DNA from: the human T2T-CHM13v2.0 reference genome, Homo sapiens
DNA length: 64,000 bases
Assembly (NCBI RefSeq): GCF_009914755.1
Contig: NC_060941.1
Strand: one strand, 5' to 3'
Shown here: positions 40,921 through 53,125 of the stretch, one piece after another
How the letters are laid out: each line of letters starts with the position of its first letter
How positions within the stretch are numbered: position 1 is the stretch's first letter
Translations under genes and position numbers: made by a program
Notes under the pieces: generated by a model
The model's database searches: none
Told to the model about the DNA's origin: nothing
What the model saw: the letters and a program-made list of their open reading frames with translations, nothing else

Positions 40921-43899
40921 AACCCTCCCCAGGGGTGCTGGGAGCCCCCTCACTGGGCACTTGGTGAATACAGCACCACAAAGACAGACCCAGAAGGGGA
41001 CCCTGGCATAGAAACCCTAGCACCACAAGCTAGACAATGTCTCAAGAACACTCCTGCGTAAACACAGGTGTGGCAAGATGTTACACAACCATGCGGCCTT
41101 CAAGGTCGCAATATAAGAAATATAGGACAATATCCTCCACCAGGGACACACAGGCCTTTTTGGCTCTTGCTCAATGGGGTGCATACAGTGAAATCAGACA
41201 AGACATGAAATCAGAGAAACTGTTTTGCTGGAAGAGGCCTTAGCAAGCAAGAAGGCTGGCTCCCCATTTCACAGATGGGAGAACCAAGTCCAAAAAGAAA
41301 AAGAGACTTGTCCCAGGTCACAAAGCAATTCAAGGGCCAAGACAAGGTGCTCACTACTAAAGTTAGGACCGTTTTCCGCAGACACCCGGGTTGGCCTGCC
41401 AGGGTCCCAGGGTCGCCGGGAGGGGAATGGGAGAGGGGCGCTGGGGTACACTACCTGAGCTAGACAAGGCGGTTTCAACACCAAGGGGCAGTGAAGCAAA
41501 CCCAGGAGGGAGAGAGCAGGCAGTGGGGAGAGAGCGCGGGCCCGGCAGACCCCCGGAGATCCCTGCTTTCCTGCTGGCCACAGTGCCTACAGACGCAGCC
41601 TCCCAGCGACCAGTCCACTTGAAGAACAGACCAGGACCTGGGCTGGGAGCTTTTAGAGAGGATGCCAGACGGCAGTTGCCACGTGACCTAAGGGTGGGGT
41701 CCAGGAGTCACCGGGAGGTGCTTCCGGATGGAACTGGATGCCCCATGCCCACTGCCCTGAGGCCCTGGGCTTCTCAGGTTTCGGTGACATCCGGGAGGAG
41801 CTCAGGGCAAGGCCTGGACCCACATTCCCAGACACCAAGAAAGCACTGACCGGAAGGGAGAGTGCAGGGGCCTGCATCACCCAGGGTAAGACATAGGGAC
41901 TCGGAGGGGGAGGCGCCAACAGCCCCCATCCCCCATGCAGAGACTGTTCAGCTAGCTAGGGCGCCTCACGAGGCACGAACACAGCACTCAGTATCTATCA
42001 AGTGCTTACTACCTGCCACGTGCTCTTCTAAGAGCTTTAATAAACTGATTCATTTAATCCCTTCCATCACACTGTGATTATTATCCCCATTTTCCAGATG
42101 AGCAGATGGAAGCCTAGGAAGATTGAGTCACTGTGAGGGTTACACAGCCTTTCGGGAGTGAAGCTTCCAGGCTGGGCTGTAGGGGTGAAACCAGTGCCCC
42201 ACAACACCAAGACCTGAGGCCTGACTGTGTGCGTGGCACTGCAATCCTTTTGGTCCCAAGCCCCTGCAATCCCAGGTGGTGATGAGATGTAGACTGCCGA
42301 AAATTGGCACTCAAAAGCACAGGTTCAAGGGCCCTCACCAGCACTCCAACCCACGGCCACTCACCCTCATTCGGAGATGGGGCACTCTACCTCATGATCA
42401 AGCCTCACCGTTGGAAGACCCCTTGGAGATCACTCAATGCAGGGAAGGCTGGCACACGCCTCCCTGCCCAAGGTGCCTGCTCCAGCCTCACCCAGGCAAG
42501 CACCATTCCTCAGCCACAGAGCTTCATCCACTGCATCCGGGGCAGCTCAGAATCTTTCCTAATCCAGGCACCATTCATAAGATGCAGGACTGGGGCCTGG
42601 AAAGCCCAGCCCTTCCTTTGCAGATGGGGAGACTGAGGCTCTGAGCCAGTGGTGCCCTTGCTCCATCACATAGGGTGTGAGAGGCAGGGCTGGCTGCAGG
42701 GTTAGGGGCTCTCCCTCATGCCAGGCCCTGCCCTGGGTGTAGGACCACATCAAGGCTAGGCTGGGCACAGGCAGCCAGGAGGGGCACTCCTGGGGACACT
42801 GCCAGAGCCAGGAGTGGGAGGCAAAGACGTGCTGGGCACACTGGGGCAGTGAGGAAGCTTGGCTGGATGGGGGAGAACCCAGGCTGGTGTGGAGGGGAGA
42901 GGGAGAGTGGTGGGTGGCATTCCTATGTCTCATAATCTGGGAAGAAGATGATGACCTCTTACGCCCAATCCCCTTTCCAGGCCAAACTTCCCCACCAGAG
43001 ACTCACCTGGCCTCTGTCCACCAAGCTAACCCATGGCCCTCAAACATTTGGGTCCAATGCCATGATGGCTTCCTATGCCAACTGCAGGCTAGGCACGAGG
43101 AGAGAGGCAGCAGCAACACATCACTGTGTGCAGGGCATGGGGCGGTGGGTGCCCCACTGATATCCTAGGCCCTTACCACCTCAGGCCCACCTGTCTCAAT
43201 TCCTACATGAACCAGTGTCTCTCTGCCCAAAAGCTCTCTCTAGCCATGGGCAAGCTCTGCCATTCAGAGGGCAGGCTGAGGAGCTGATGCTGCCAGGACA
43301 GCTTTCAGTCAGTGACTGATGGGAGCAGGTGGCTGGGCCCCAGCAAGCTGCCCCTGGGAGGGGCACTGCTTCCCTGGCCTCCCCAGCGGGAGTCGGCTCC
43401 AGTGCCCCAGCAGTAACTGTATCAATGACATGCCCTTTATCACTTCCTTCTCTTTCTCACCTCATTTCCTTATTTCCTGGGATCACCTCCCAGGAAACCA
43501 CTTGTGCTGGAACTTTTGTCTCCTGGGCCTTCCTCATAGGGTCTCCAGCAGCCTCTCCACAGCATAGGCTCTTGAACCCTGGCCTCCCCTCCTGGATGCC
43601 CCACAACACCAAGTCTCCTCCTCCTCTTCCTCCTCCTCCTCCTGCCCCACAATACTGAGCCGCCTTCTCCTCTGCCTCCTCCATCTCCTCCTCCTCCCCT
43701 GGCACCCTTTAGGATCCTCTAGCACTGGGCTTTTCCCATTCAGGCCAGAAGCTACTTCCCACCTTGTGTGAGAGTTGATCTTGCCCAGGCCCCATCTCTG
43801 ACCAAGCTCAGAGGCCTAGAGAGGCTGATGCAGGTACTAGCAAAGAGGGGCACCCAAGAAATGCGCCCCAGCCAGATGAAGGGTGAAGGACTAAGCAGC

Positions 43900-44255
43900 T
43901 GAATGGGATGGATGAGGAGATGGGTGGAACAGTGATTGAATCAACAGGTGGGTGGTCAGGCAGATGGGTGGATAAATCGGGTTGACAGATGGGTGGGTGG
44001 ACGATAGGGGTGAGCAGATAGATGGACTGGCTAAGTGGGTGGAAGGATGGGTGGATGGATGGTTGAGCAGATGAATGGGTGGGGGAATGGGTGAGGAACG
44101 GATGGCATGGGCGAGGGGATGGATGGAGGGGTGGAGGCATGGGTGGGTGGATGGAAGGCTGAGCAGATAAATGGGTGGGGGAATGGGTGATGAAAGGATG
44201 GCATGGTGGGTGGAGGGGTGAAGGATGTACAGATGAGAGTCTGGTGGAAGGAATG
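43900..44255. repeat. Degenerate (GGAT/GGGT)n simple repeat
   Basis: ggatggatgggtggatgg-type tract containing an internal ~58-bp duplication (~44053 and ~44149). Confidence 0.85.
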
Positions 44256-44294
44256 CCTAGATGCACAAGAGCATGTCAATGACTTCACTCTTAC

Positions 44295-44416
44295 CTCTTG
44301 AGTTCTATCTTCTACGTAATGGTGCTGAGTGGGCATGGTACTGTCTTCAAGGCTGAATTAGAAGTGGCTGCCATTTCCCAGGCACCAGCTGGAAAGGATC
44401 CAGTCACTAGAACATC
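44295..44416 (-). other. KCNJ17: 122-nt non-coding 5'UTR exon of the Kir2 gene (exon 2 equivalent)
   Basis: Acceptor tcttttaactttAG|gatgttctag at 44418-44417 and donor ctcaagag|GTAAGAg at 44294. Size and the ~6.65-kb intron agree with the recalled KCNJ12/KCNJ18 exon 2. Confidence 0.75.
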
Positions 44417-44888
44417 CTAAAGTTAAAAGAGTAAAGCCAAGTTACTGCAGGCAGTGCTGCTCTTCTCAGAGGGGCTCACAAGTAAGACATAACCACATGA
44501 ACCCACATTTCTGCTCACTTCCCCAGGGCCCCACAGGAGATGGAAGGGCCTCTGGCCTGCACCTTTGATGCCCCACACCTTCACAGCATAGCAACCATCC
44601 AGAACCAGAGAAGAGCAGAACAAGATGGAGTGTCAGAGAAAAATGACAGCTGACAATTATTGAGTGCCTATTGCATGCCAGACACTATAGTAGGCATTTT
44701 ACATACATCATCTCACATAATCCTCACAATTCCACAAGGTTGGAACTATTGTTGTTACTATTCCAGAGAAGTAGTTAATGTGGTAATTCTCTCACTGTCA
44801 CAAAGGAATTCAGGCCCTCAGCCTGTACTCCCAGCCACCACCTGCAGAGCCTTCCCAACGCCAACCTTGGAGCCAGTTGTGAATAGCT

Positions 44889-45840
44889 GGGTGGGTGGAT
44901 GCATGAATGGGTGGATGGATGGATGGATGGATGGATGGATGGATGGATGGATGGATGGATGATGGATGGGTGGGTGGATAAATGAATGCAGGGATGAATG
45001 GGTAGGTGGATGGATAAATGGATGAGTGGGTAGATGGATGAATGAATACATGGGTGGGTGGATGGATGGATGGGTGAATGAGTGGTTGGGTGTAAGGGTG
45101 GATGGCTGTATGGAGGAGAGGATGGATGAGTGGATGAATGGATAATAGGATGGAAGGATGGATGGATGGATGGATGAATGGATGGATGGATGGATGGTTG
45201 GATAGATGGATGGATAAGTGTGAAAGTAGATGATTGGATGGATGGATGAACAGAAGGGTAGATGGGTGGGTGACTGAGCGGATGGGTAGATGAATGAATG
45301 GAGGGATAGATGGGTGAATGGGTGGATGGATGGATGGGTGGATGGATGGGTAATGGGTGGGTGGATGGATGGATAGATGAATGGGATGGATGGATGGGCA
45401 GATGATTGGGTGGATGGATGGGTGAGCGAATGAGTGGATGGGTGAGTGAAGAAGTGAATGGATAGAGGGATGGCTGGGTGGATGGGTGGGTATATGGTTG
45501 GTGGGTGGATGAACAGATTAATGGATGAATGGGTGATGGGTGCATGGATGGACGGATGGATGGAATGTTGGGTGATGGATGGGTGGAGTGAATGAGTGGA
45601 TGAGTGGATGGGTGGATAGATGGACAGGTGGATGAGTGTATGGGTGGGTAGAGAAATGAATGGATAGAGGGATGGAAGGGTGGATGGATGGATAGATGGG
45701 TGAATGGATGGGTGGGTGGATGGGTGGGTAGATGGATAGATGGATGGGTGGATGGGTGTGAGGGTGGGTGATGAGTGGGTAGATGGATGGATAGGGTGTT
45801 TGGGCAAGTAGGATAGATGACTAGATGGATGAGCAGGTGG
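44889..45840. repeat. ~950-bp (TGGA)n/(GGGT)n tetranucleotide tract
   Basis: Pure (GGAT)n at ~44913-44960, then degenerate units; source of the spurious HPSI-repeat ORFs. Confidence 0.95.
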
Positions 45841-47596
45841 GCACACGGCTAACTACATGGATGGGCACACATCAGTAATTTGCCAGAGATTTGCCTTGGG
45901 TACACATACATCCTACATGGTCCCTGCAATCCCAAAGATGCAATTTCCCTGCCTGTCAAAGTGGTCCCCCTGCCTTCCTATCCAGTGTGCTGTGAGAATC
46001 AGAGAAGAGGTTGGTGGGAAGGGGCTCTGAGGATCTCCATGGTGAGCCACCTGACATGCTTCTCACCTCAGCACCTCCCAGCCATGGAGTTCATGGGGCC
46101 TGCCCTTTCCAAGGTTACAGCCAAGGCTGGTTTGTCACACTGGTTTTTCTGGCTGGAATTAAGGCAAATGTTGGTGAGTCACCCCCACCTCACCAGCCTC
46201 CTGGGACAGGTGACAGTGGTTTAGAGGCACACAGACCTAGATTCAAATCCCCGCTCTGCCCTTCATAAGCTGTGTGACCTTGAGTGAGTCACTTCCCCTC
46301 TCTCAGCTTGTTCTGAAACGGGATGGCCTGCCTGGTCTCTAGTGGCCCTTCAGTCCCTCTTCACCCTCCAAGTCCCCCAATCCCCAGCCCCTTCTTCCCC
46401 ATCCCTCATCATTCTGGGAGCAGAAGCCACAGGCCTACACTTTGCCTCTCTCAGCCATTCCACCCTCAAAACTGATGGGGACACAGAGGTTCAGAGATGG
46501 ATGGGTGGATGGATGGACAGGTGGATGAGCTGCAGAGGTTCAGAGAGGTTCTGTCACAAGCCAACATCACAGAGATGGGGACCTCCACAGCAGGGACTTG
46601 GGTCCACGCCCTTCCCCGAGTGGGCCAACACTGTGCTTGGCCCTGCATGCTTGGCAGCTGGCTGCAGTCATCCCAATGCTCACAGCCCTGCCTTGGAGGG
46701 GGGACAATTCTCCCCTCTGGACAGATAGGAAAACTGAGGCTGAGAGAACCTAAGTCACCTGCCCAGTCACCTGGAGCTGGAACTCTGAGCAGCGAAGGTC
46801 GGATATTGCCACAGGGCCATGGGAAGCCAAGCAGGGGTGGGGGACAGAAGTGTGGGCAGCAGCATCTATCCACATCCTGCTGGTCACCTGGCTTGCACCA
46901 GGCTCTCCCAACCTCATCCCTCACTCCCTACTACCTGGAAGGGGCATTCCCCAGACCACAAATCCAGCTGGATTTGTTCTTATCTAGGAGGAAGGCAAAA
47001 TTAGCTCTACTCTACACAGGGGTACTGAGACGTAGAGCAGAGAAGAGACTTTCCTGAAGTCACAGTGCAGGGCAGGACCCTGCAAACAGGAGCCAGCCTT
47101 CTGGATGCCCTGGCCAGAGCTCCCACCACCTGCAGGGGCCACAGCAGTCGCCATGTGAGCTCACCCTGCCAAGTCCCACAAATGCTTCCCGGGTTTATGG
47201 TCACAATCCTGGATGAGGAGGTGGGCTGCAGGGGCAGTGCTTCCCCATGACCACGACTGAGGGCCAACAGGCCGGGCTGGCCCACAGCATCCCGCAGGGG
47301 AGGGCAGGGCCTGGGCTGAGGATGGGGCTGAAATCCCCCATGGAACAGGGCAAGGCACTTCCCCTTCCTGAGGCTCAGCTTCCCCTGAAAAATGAGGCTG
47401 GTGTCGCCTGCCAGGCCTCTCAGAGGGTGTGCCATGAAATTGAAGGTGGTGACGAAGCTGCAGTCCGGGCACTGGGCCTTGCCCCAGCGGGTCTCTGGGA
47501 GGTGGCAGCCGTCACCCTCCCTGGAGAGGCCTGGCAGCCCCCCAGCTGACTGGGGCCTGAAACTCCCCATCTGCAAAATGAGGAGACCCCACACAC

Positions 47597-47790
47597 CTCG
47601 GGAGACTGTCACGAGGGTAAGCCAAGCCCTGGCTTCAGTATCTGTCCCACAGAGACGATGCAGCAGTGTGGGTCCTGCAGGCGTTCACTGTGATGGGCGT
47701 TCCTGACACCATGCGGGCACTGAAAGCAGAAACAGGCTTCCCAACAGGACGGAAAGCTGGCTGTGCCCAAGCCTCCCTGTGGCCTGCTGG
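47597..47790 (-). other. KCNJ17: Candidate first exon (KCNJ18 exon-1 equivalent); 5' boundary approximate
   Basis: Donor cccgag|GTGTGT at 47596; ~3.2 kb upstream of exon 2 and ~250 bp downstream of a DR4 element, as recalled for KCNJ18. The start site is not visible in the sequence. Confidence 0.5.
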
Positions 47791-48037
47791 ATGTCCTCAG
47801 AAGCCCCCCTGGCCCGCAAGGAGCTACAAAACTCACAAGGGCAGGATCTGCCTCGCTGTTCCATGCTCGGGATGCACCCGGACCACAGAGGATGCTCAGA
47901 AAGTGGAAGCTGCAGGAACCTTGAGTGACACTGACCCCTCACATTCTGTGGCGTAAAGATGGGGGCTGGACATATGGACCCCAGAAAGAGGCTGCACCAA
48001 GCGGCCAGAAAAGGCAAATGTCCACCCTTAAGCCCTG

Positions 48038-48053
48038 AGGTGAGGCCAGGTCA
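48038..48053. promoter_or_regulatory. DR4 nuclear-receptor element (thyroid hormone response element-type): AGGTGA ggcc AGGTCA
   Basis: Two half-sites (one perfect AGGTCA, one with a single mismatch) 4 nt apart, seen directly. Reads TGACCTggccTCACCT on the gene strand and resembles the TRE I recall for the KCNJ18 promoter. Confidence 0.75.
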
Positions 48054-51000
48054 GAAGATTCTGGCCCCACAGGGTGGACGACAGTCACACCAAACACCAG
48101 GGAACGTTTCTGACGGTATTTTTATCTTGAGAACATCCTTCTTCACAGAGGGTGGGGGCAGGAGGGAGAGAGGGTGTCCTTGGCCCCAGGCCCCTGGGAG
48201 AAGCAGAGAACAGAGGCCCTGCAGTAGTGCCCTCTGCTGGGGTGGCCATCACAGACACTGCCCCATCCCTGGGCTCCATTAAGTCCTACGAACAGGGGAG
48301 ACCTGGAGGGTCTTGGGGCCCTTCTAGGACTCCTGGTTCTGCCCCAACTTGCTGTGTGACCTGGAGCAGGGCTCTGTCCCTCTCTGGGTCTCCCTCTTCA
48401 AGTCCTCACTGGGCACCGAGGACTTGAAGAGGAAGCATTGGGAGCCTGCCTTCATGGGGCACCCTGCCTCACAGGGCAGATGGTGAGAAGTCAGCAGTCA
48501 TAACTCACTGGGCCCTCAGGAGTCCAGGGGAGGTGTCTAACCCAGTGGCAGGAGGGGTGCTTCCTAGAGGAGTATCTGCCAGTGGGGAGGCAGCAGCGAG
48601 CAGCAGGGGAGAGAACCCCGCCTGAGACCAACCATAGCACAGTGACACAGCTAAGAGCACCAGAGTCCTGCAGTCTTGGTGCAGATTCCAGCTTCACTCT
48701 CCAGGCACTGGGCCTTGGGCAAGACCCACCCTGACTGTGTGCAAACCAGGGGGCTGGCCCAGCTACTCCACAGAAGTCCTGCCAGCCCTCCATTCCAGGA
48801 TCTAAACTATTCGGGGTTTGTGGGGAAGGTGTGACGAGATGGGCACAGCCGTGACACCATCATATCATGGAAGCTCAGCGTGTGCAGGCACAGAGGCCAA
48901 GGCATCACCCCAGGGGGCCTCAGATGTCATATTAATGAGCCTAGACTTGATCCCAAAGGCAATGGGGAGCCCAAGAGCCATAAGAGAGCTTGAAACTATA
49001 AGAGTTCTGGGGCAACAAGGCATGAATTCAAATCGTGTATCCATCCCTTCCTGTGTGGCCTTGGGCAAGCCACATAACCTCTCTGAACCGCAGTTTTCTC
49101 ACCTATAAAATGGAACTAATCATAGCACCTATCTCATGTGGTTGCAATGGGGTTTCCATGAGTGAACACATGGTGACTGGCCAGCTAGGAACTCCCTGTC
49201 CCCCCACCCTCTCCCCTCATCACAGCTATGAGCCTCTGCCTCACCCTGCAGAGAGTCACAGGCCCCTTTAGGGCCTCAACTGGACCCCACTCCAGGCAAG
49301 AAGGAATGATGGGCAGGAAACCCAGCGGGAGGCACAGGTCAGCAAAGGCACCCTGGCCTCTGATTTTCATACAGCTGTAAATTTTCCAGCTTCAACTTAA
49401 TTGGAGTCTCAGACACGTCCTGAGCAGCCAGCATGTGCACAGGAGAGCAAGGACCCAAGGTAAGGACACAAGAAGCATCCTGGGACCAGAAAGACCACCA
49501 AAGGAAAGGCTGGGAAATTTGCCAACATAAAAATATGTATGATGTTGTCAAAACCAATCATAAGTAAAATAAAAGAAAAATAATGTGTTTGTTTAAATCG
49601 GACCCATGTGCTTAATATATAAAGAGTTCTTATGGATCAATAAGAAAAAAAGGACACAGTAGGAATGAGCAGAGAGCTAGGGTTGGGCTTCCAATGTCTC
49701 TGGAATGTCCCACACCTCAGAGCCTCAGCCAGAGCTGGCCCCTCACCATGAAATGCCTTTCTCTGCCTCTCAGAATGCAATGCATCCTCCAAGCTCAAAG
49801 GATGCCTCCTCCATGAAGTCTTCCAAGAGTTCCCCAAGTCCCTTGCTCCTCCGTGAGTACTCCTAGCATGTTTCTTGAGCCCCTAGGACCCAGTACTTGG
49901 CTTCTGCTCACTGCATCACAGAAGTCCCAGGTGGGGTGGCCCAAGCTTCTTTGAGAGGAGGAAATGAGGTGCAGAGAGGAGCCATGCCCAAGGTCACCAG
50001 TCTGAGCCAGAGCTGGGCCTAGCACCCAGGTGTCCTGCCTCTGTCCCTCTGTAATCCAGCCACCAACCCCTCAGTGAGCCCTCCAGGCCTGCCTTGCTCC
50101 CAGCAAGGAAGTCCCCAGCTTGAGGGGTGCATTTATTTCTTCACAAAGGGCCAGCCAGGATTAGGGCCTCAGCCCCCCATAACCTGTCTGCTCTCTGTAG
50201 GGGAGCACGTTACAGTTGCTTTCTTAGCTTCCTTCTTTTATTTTGTAAATCTGGCCTTATTTCAGGTACAGAAGATTCCCTGGGAGGGCCTGACAGACTC
50301 TCAGGGCTCTGGGGTTCACCCTACCATGGGCAGGAGGCTGACCTCAGAGATGTAGAGTCCAGGAAAATAGGGTAGGCCTTCCAGAAAGCCTATCGCTCTG
50401 CCCCAGGCCCCATTTACAGTTCAGATCTGTGAGCGCGCCACGGCCTGGCACTGCTGCCAGAATCACACTCAGCACTGACTCACACGCTCAGCGGTGTCTG
50501 CCCAGCCTCTACTATGTGCTGACATCATGCCTGGGGACCCACATGCTGCTGGGGCAAGACAGACCAAAAAAAACAGGCTGAGGGAAAAAAAAAGAACTTG
50601 AGTAAATCCAGAGATGGGTGGAGACTATTCCAAAGGTCAGGGAAGACTGCCTGAGTAGGTGACATCTGGAGAGCTAGTGAGAAGAGAATGAGAGAAGAGG
50701 GTACTCCTTGAAGTGGGAACTGTAGCCACAAAGGCCTTGAGGCTGAGGCCAGGGGAGGGCAGCGGGGCTGAAGTGAGTGTGCCAGGGAGGTGGGGGAAAG
50801 GGAGGCAGGGACAGCAGATGGATGGCGAGACAGAAGCACACAGCTCAGAAAGGGAGGGGACTTGGCCGAGGACGTGCAGCACGCTGGGCAGATGGGAGCA
50901 CCTCTTCATCGATGGTGCTCAGAGGAAGCTGCATGCCAGACACTACCCAAGGCCCTCTCTTCCCCATTCTCCCTCAAACTCCTATGCATCCTTCAACACC

Positions 51001-53009
51001 CCTTTCCAAGCCCCACCCCTTGTGCTTCCCTCTGTCCTGGATCAGACCATGCTGGGTGCAGCCGGTCTTTCTGAGTCCACCAGGCCAAGGGTCTCCTGAG
51101 GGTAGAACCTGGGTCTGACTGCGTTGAGGGGCCTCAGCACAGAACCAGGTCCCTGGGGGAAGTTAAGGGATTGGGAACTAGGATTCTGTCCCTGTGCCCC
51201 AAGAGTGCTCTAGAGTCCTTAAAGTCTGAATCACAAGACGGCAGGCAGCACTGCAGCCCACCCAAGGCCACTCCAGCTTCAGCTCACCATGGGACCGCCC
51301 CGTCCCTGTCCCCTCTGGGTCTCAGTTTCCCCATTTGTCAAATGAGAGGTCCCATACCTTGGGAACAGGGCATCTCCACCTTCCTCCCTTATGAACTGCT
51401 CACAGCAGGGTGGCCCCTGCAGGAAGAAAGCATGGCTGTCACTCTCTGACCCCTGCTAAGCTCTGAGCTTGGCCCACAGGGCAGGAAATGTCAGCTTTCT
51501 GCCAGGCTGGCAGGAGAGTTCCAGCTGAGCCTGGGGGTGATGGGAGATCCTCTCTGCTCTATGGCCTTGCTGGGGTACTCACAATGCCTAGCCTGGGCAT
51601 TTCACCCACAACAGCCAGGTGTGGGGGCCTGGGGATGCAGCTGACCCTGACCACTTCTCCCCCACCATGGCTTGGAAACTAAAGCTCAGGTCCCCAGACC
51701 CCCAGGAGGGCTGCCCAAGGACCCTGGGGACAAGGCAAGAGGGCCGGGCAAAGCAGGGGCAGGCTTTGCAGTCCCCAAGACAGTGGAGCAGGTTCCCGGA
51801 GGTCCTGCCGCAGAGCCCAAGGACAGAAGCCAGCGCTTTGTGAACTTGATGGGGGAAAAATCATCAACTTCCCCGCCTTCAACCTCTCTGTGAAATGTAT
51901 GCTGGACACACCGAGCCTGGGCTCACCCCAGGCCCTATAGCAATGCAGACCGCTGGAGCTGCACAGCTCTCCTCCCTGCTCCCATGGAGTCGGTAGGACG
52001 GCTGCCACCAGGTCTTGCTAGTTAAGGCGCTTGTAGGCATCAGCATTCTAATTACTAGATCACACATTTTAAAAGAATGTTTTGATAAGTACTGCATCAC
52101 TTACTTCTGGTTTCCTCTGTGGCCCTATATGGGTTCTCTCTTACACTCAAAAGTGTTATTCTGAGAAGGAGGATGTCAAAGGCATCCCTAGCACACGAAC
52201 AGCTCAGCACGCTGCATCAGAGGGAGAAGGGCTGAGCACCTGCCAGCTCAGGGCCAGGGCCTTGTCGGGAAAGGACAGGGCAGCCTGGCCCCTCGCCCAC
52301 CCATCCAGCCACTTGTTCATTCCCCGTTCATTCCATAAACAAGTCTTTCCTGAGCACCAAACCCATTTGAGGCTCTGTGCGGGGTGTAGCATGAAAAGGG
52401 TGGTCAGCCCTGTGCCCGGCTCCTCACAGATGGGGGGAGACAGACATTCCAGGAGAAACCGGAGAAACACAGGAGATTCCGGCTACAGGAGGGACTGTGT
52501 GGCCACCCGGGAGGAGGGAGTCGAGGCCAGCTGGGGGTCAACAGGGCTGGAAACAAGAGCAAAGTCCCCAGCCCAGGACACAAGGCAGGTTGTGAGGAGA
52601 CAGGAGGGAGGGGCAGGGAAATGAGCTCTGAGAGGGGACAGGGTGGGGGCAGGCCGCTCAGAGGTCAGGAGCTTGCTCCCCACCCCCAGGTGGCCTTTGC
52701 ACGTGCAGCCCACCCAGGTGGGGTGGGGAGCCCTTCAGGCCACATGGAAGGGTCTGGAAGCACTGGCTGCACTTTTTCCTGCACTCCCTCTAGTACTAGG
52801 TAGCAGGTGGCCCTACATGGCCTGATTTCAGAGTGAGGAGACTCAGGCTCTCCATAGCTAGATGGTGGCGAGCGGGGCCCCACAGAGGCTGTTCTGACCC
52901 CATACCACCTTGCACGGACCTCTTACTGCCACACACGCTTTCCAACCCCAGTAAACTGGAAGTGCGCAACTGCTGTGCATCAGGAACACTCATCACTGTG
53001 ACACATGCC

Positions 53010-53125
53010 ACTTCCATTCACATTAGTTTCTTTTGATAGAGGCAAGAAACTGGGGATCGGTTAGGATGAGTGTCGTGCCTAGGGAAACGCAGCCAGTCCA
53101 TGGCAAAGCTGGGATAGAAATTCAC
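53010..53125 (+). mobile_element. MIR fragment truncated at the satellite junction
   Basis: ttttgatagaggcaagaaactgggg...ggtta...tgcctaggg..acgcagccagt...tggcaaagctgggatagaa resembles the MIR core, then stops abruptly. Confidence 0.55.

Noticed and set aside
44775-45846. 256-aa and 342-aa His/Pro/Ser/Ile-rich ORFs
   Set aside because: Translations of the (TCCA)n simple repeat, which rarely yields stop codons.
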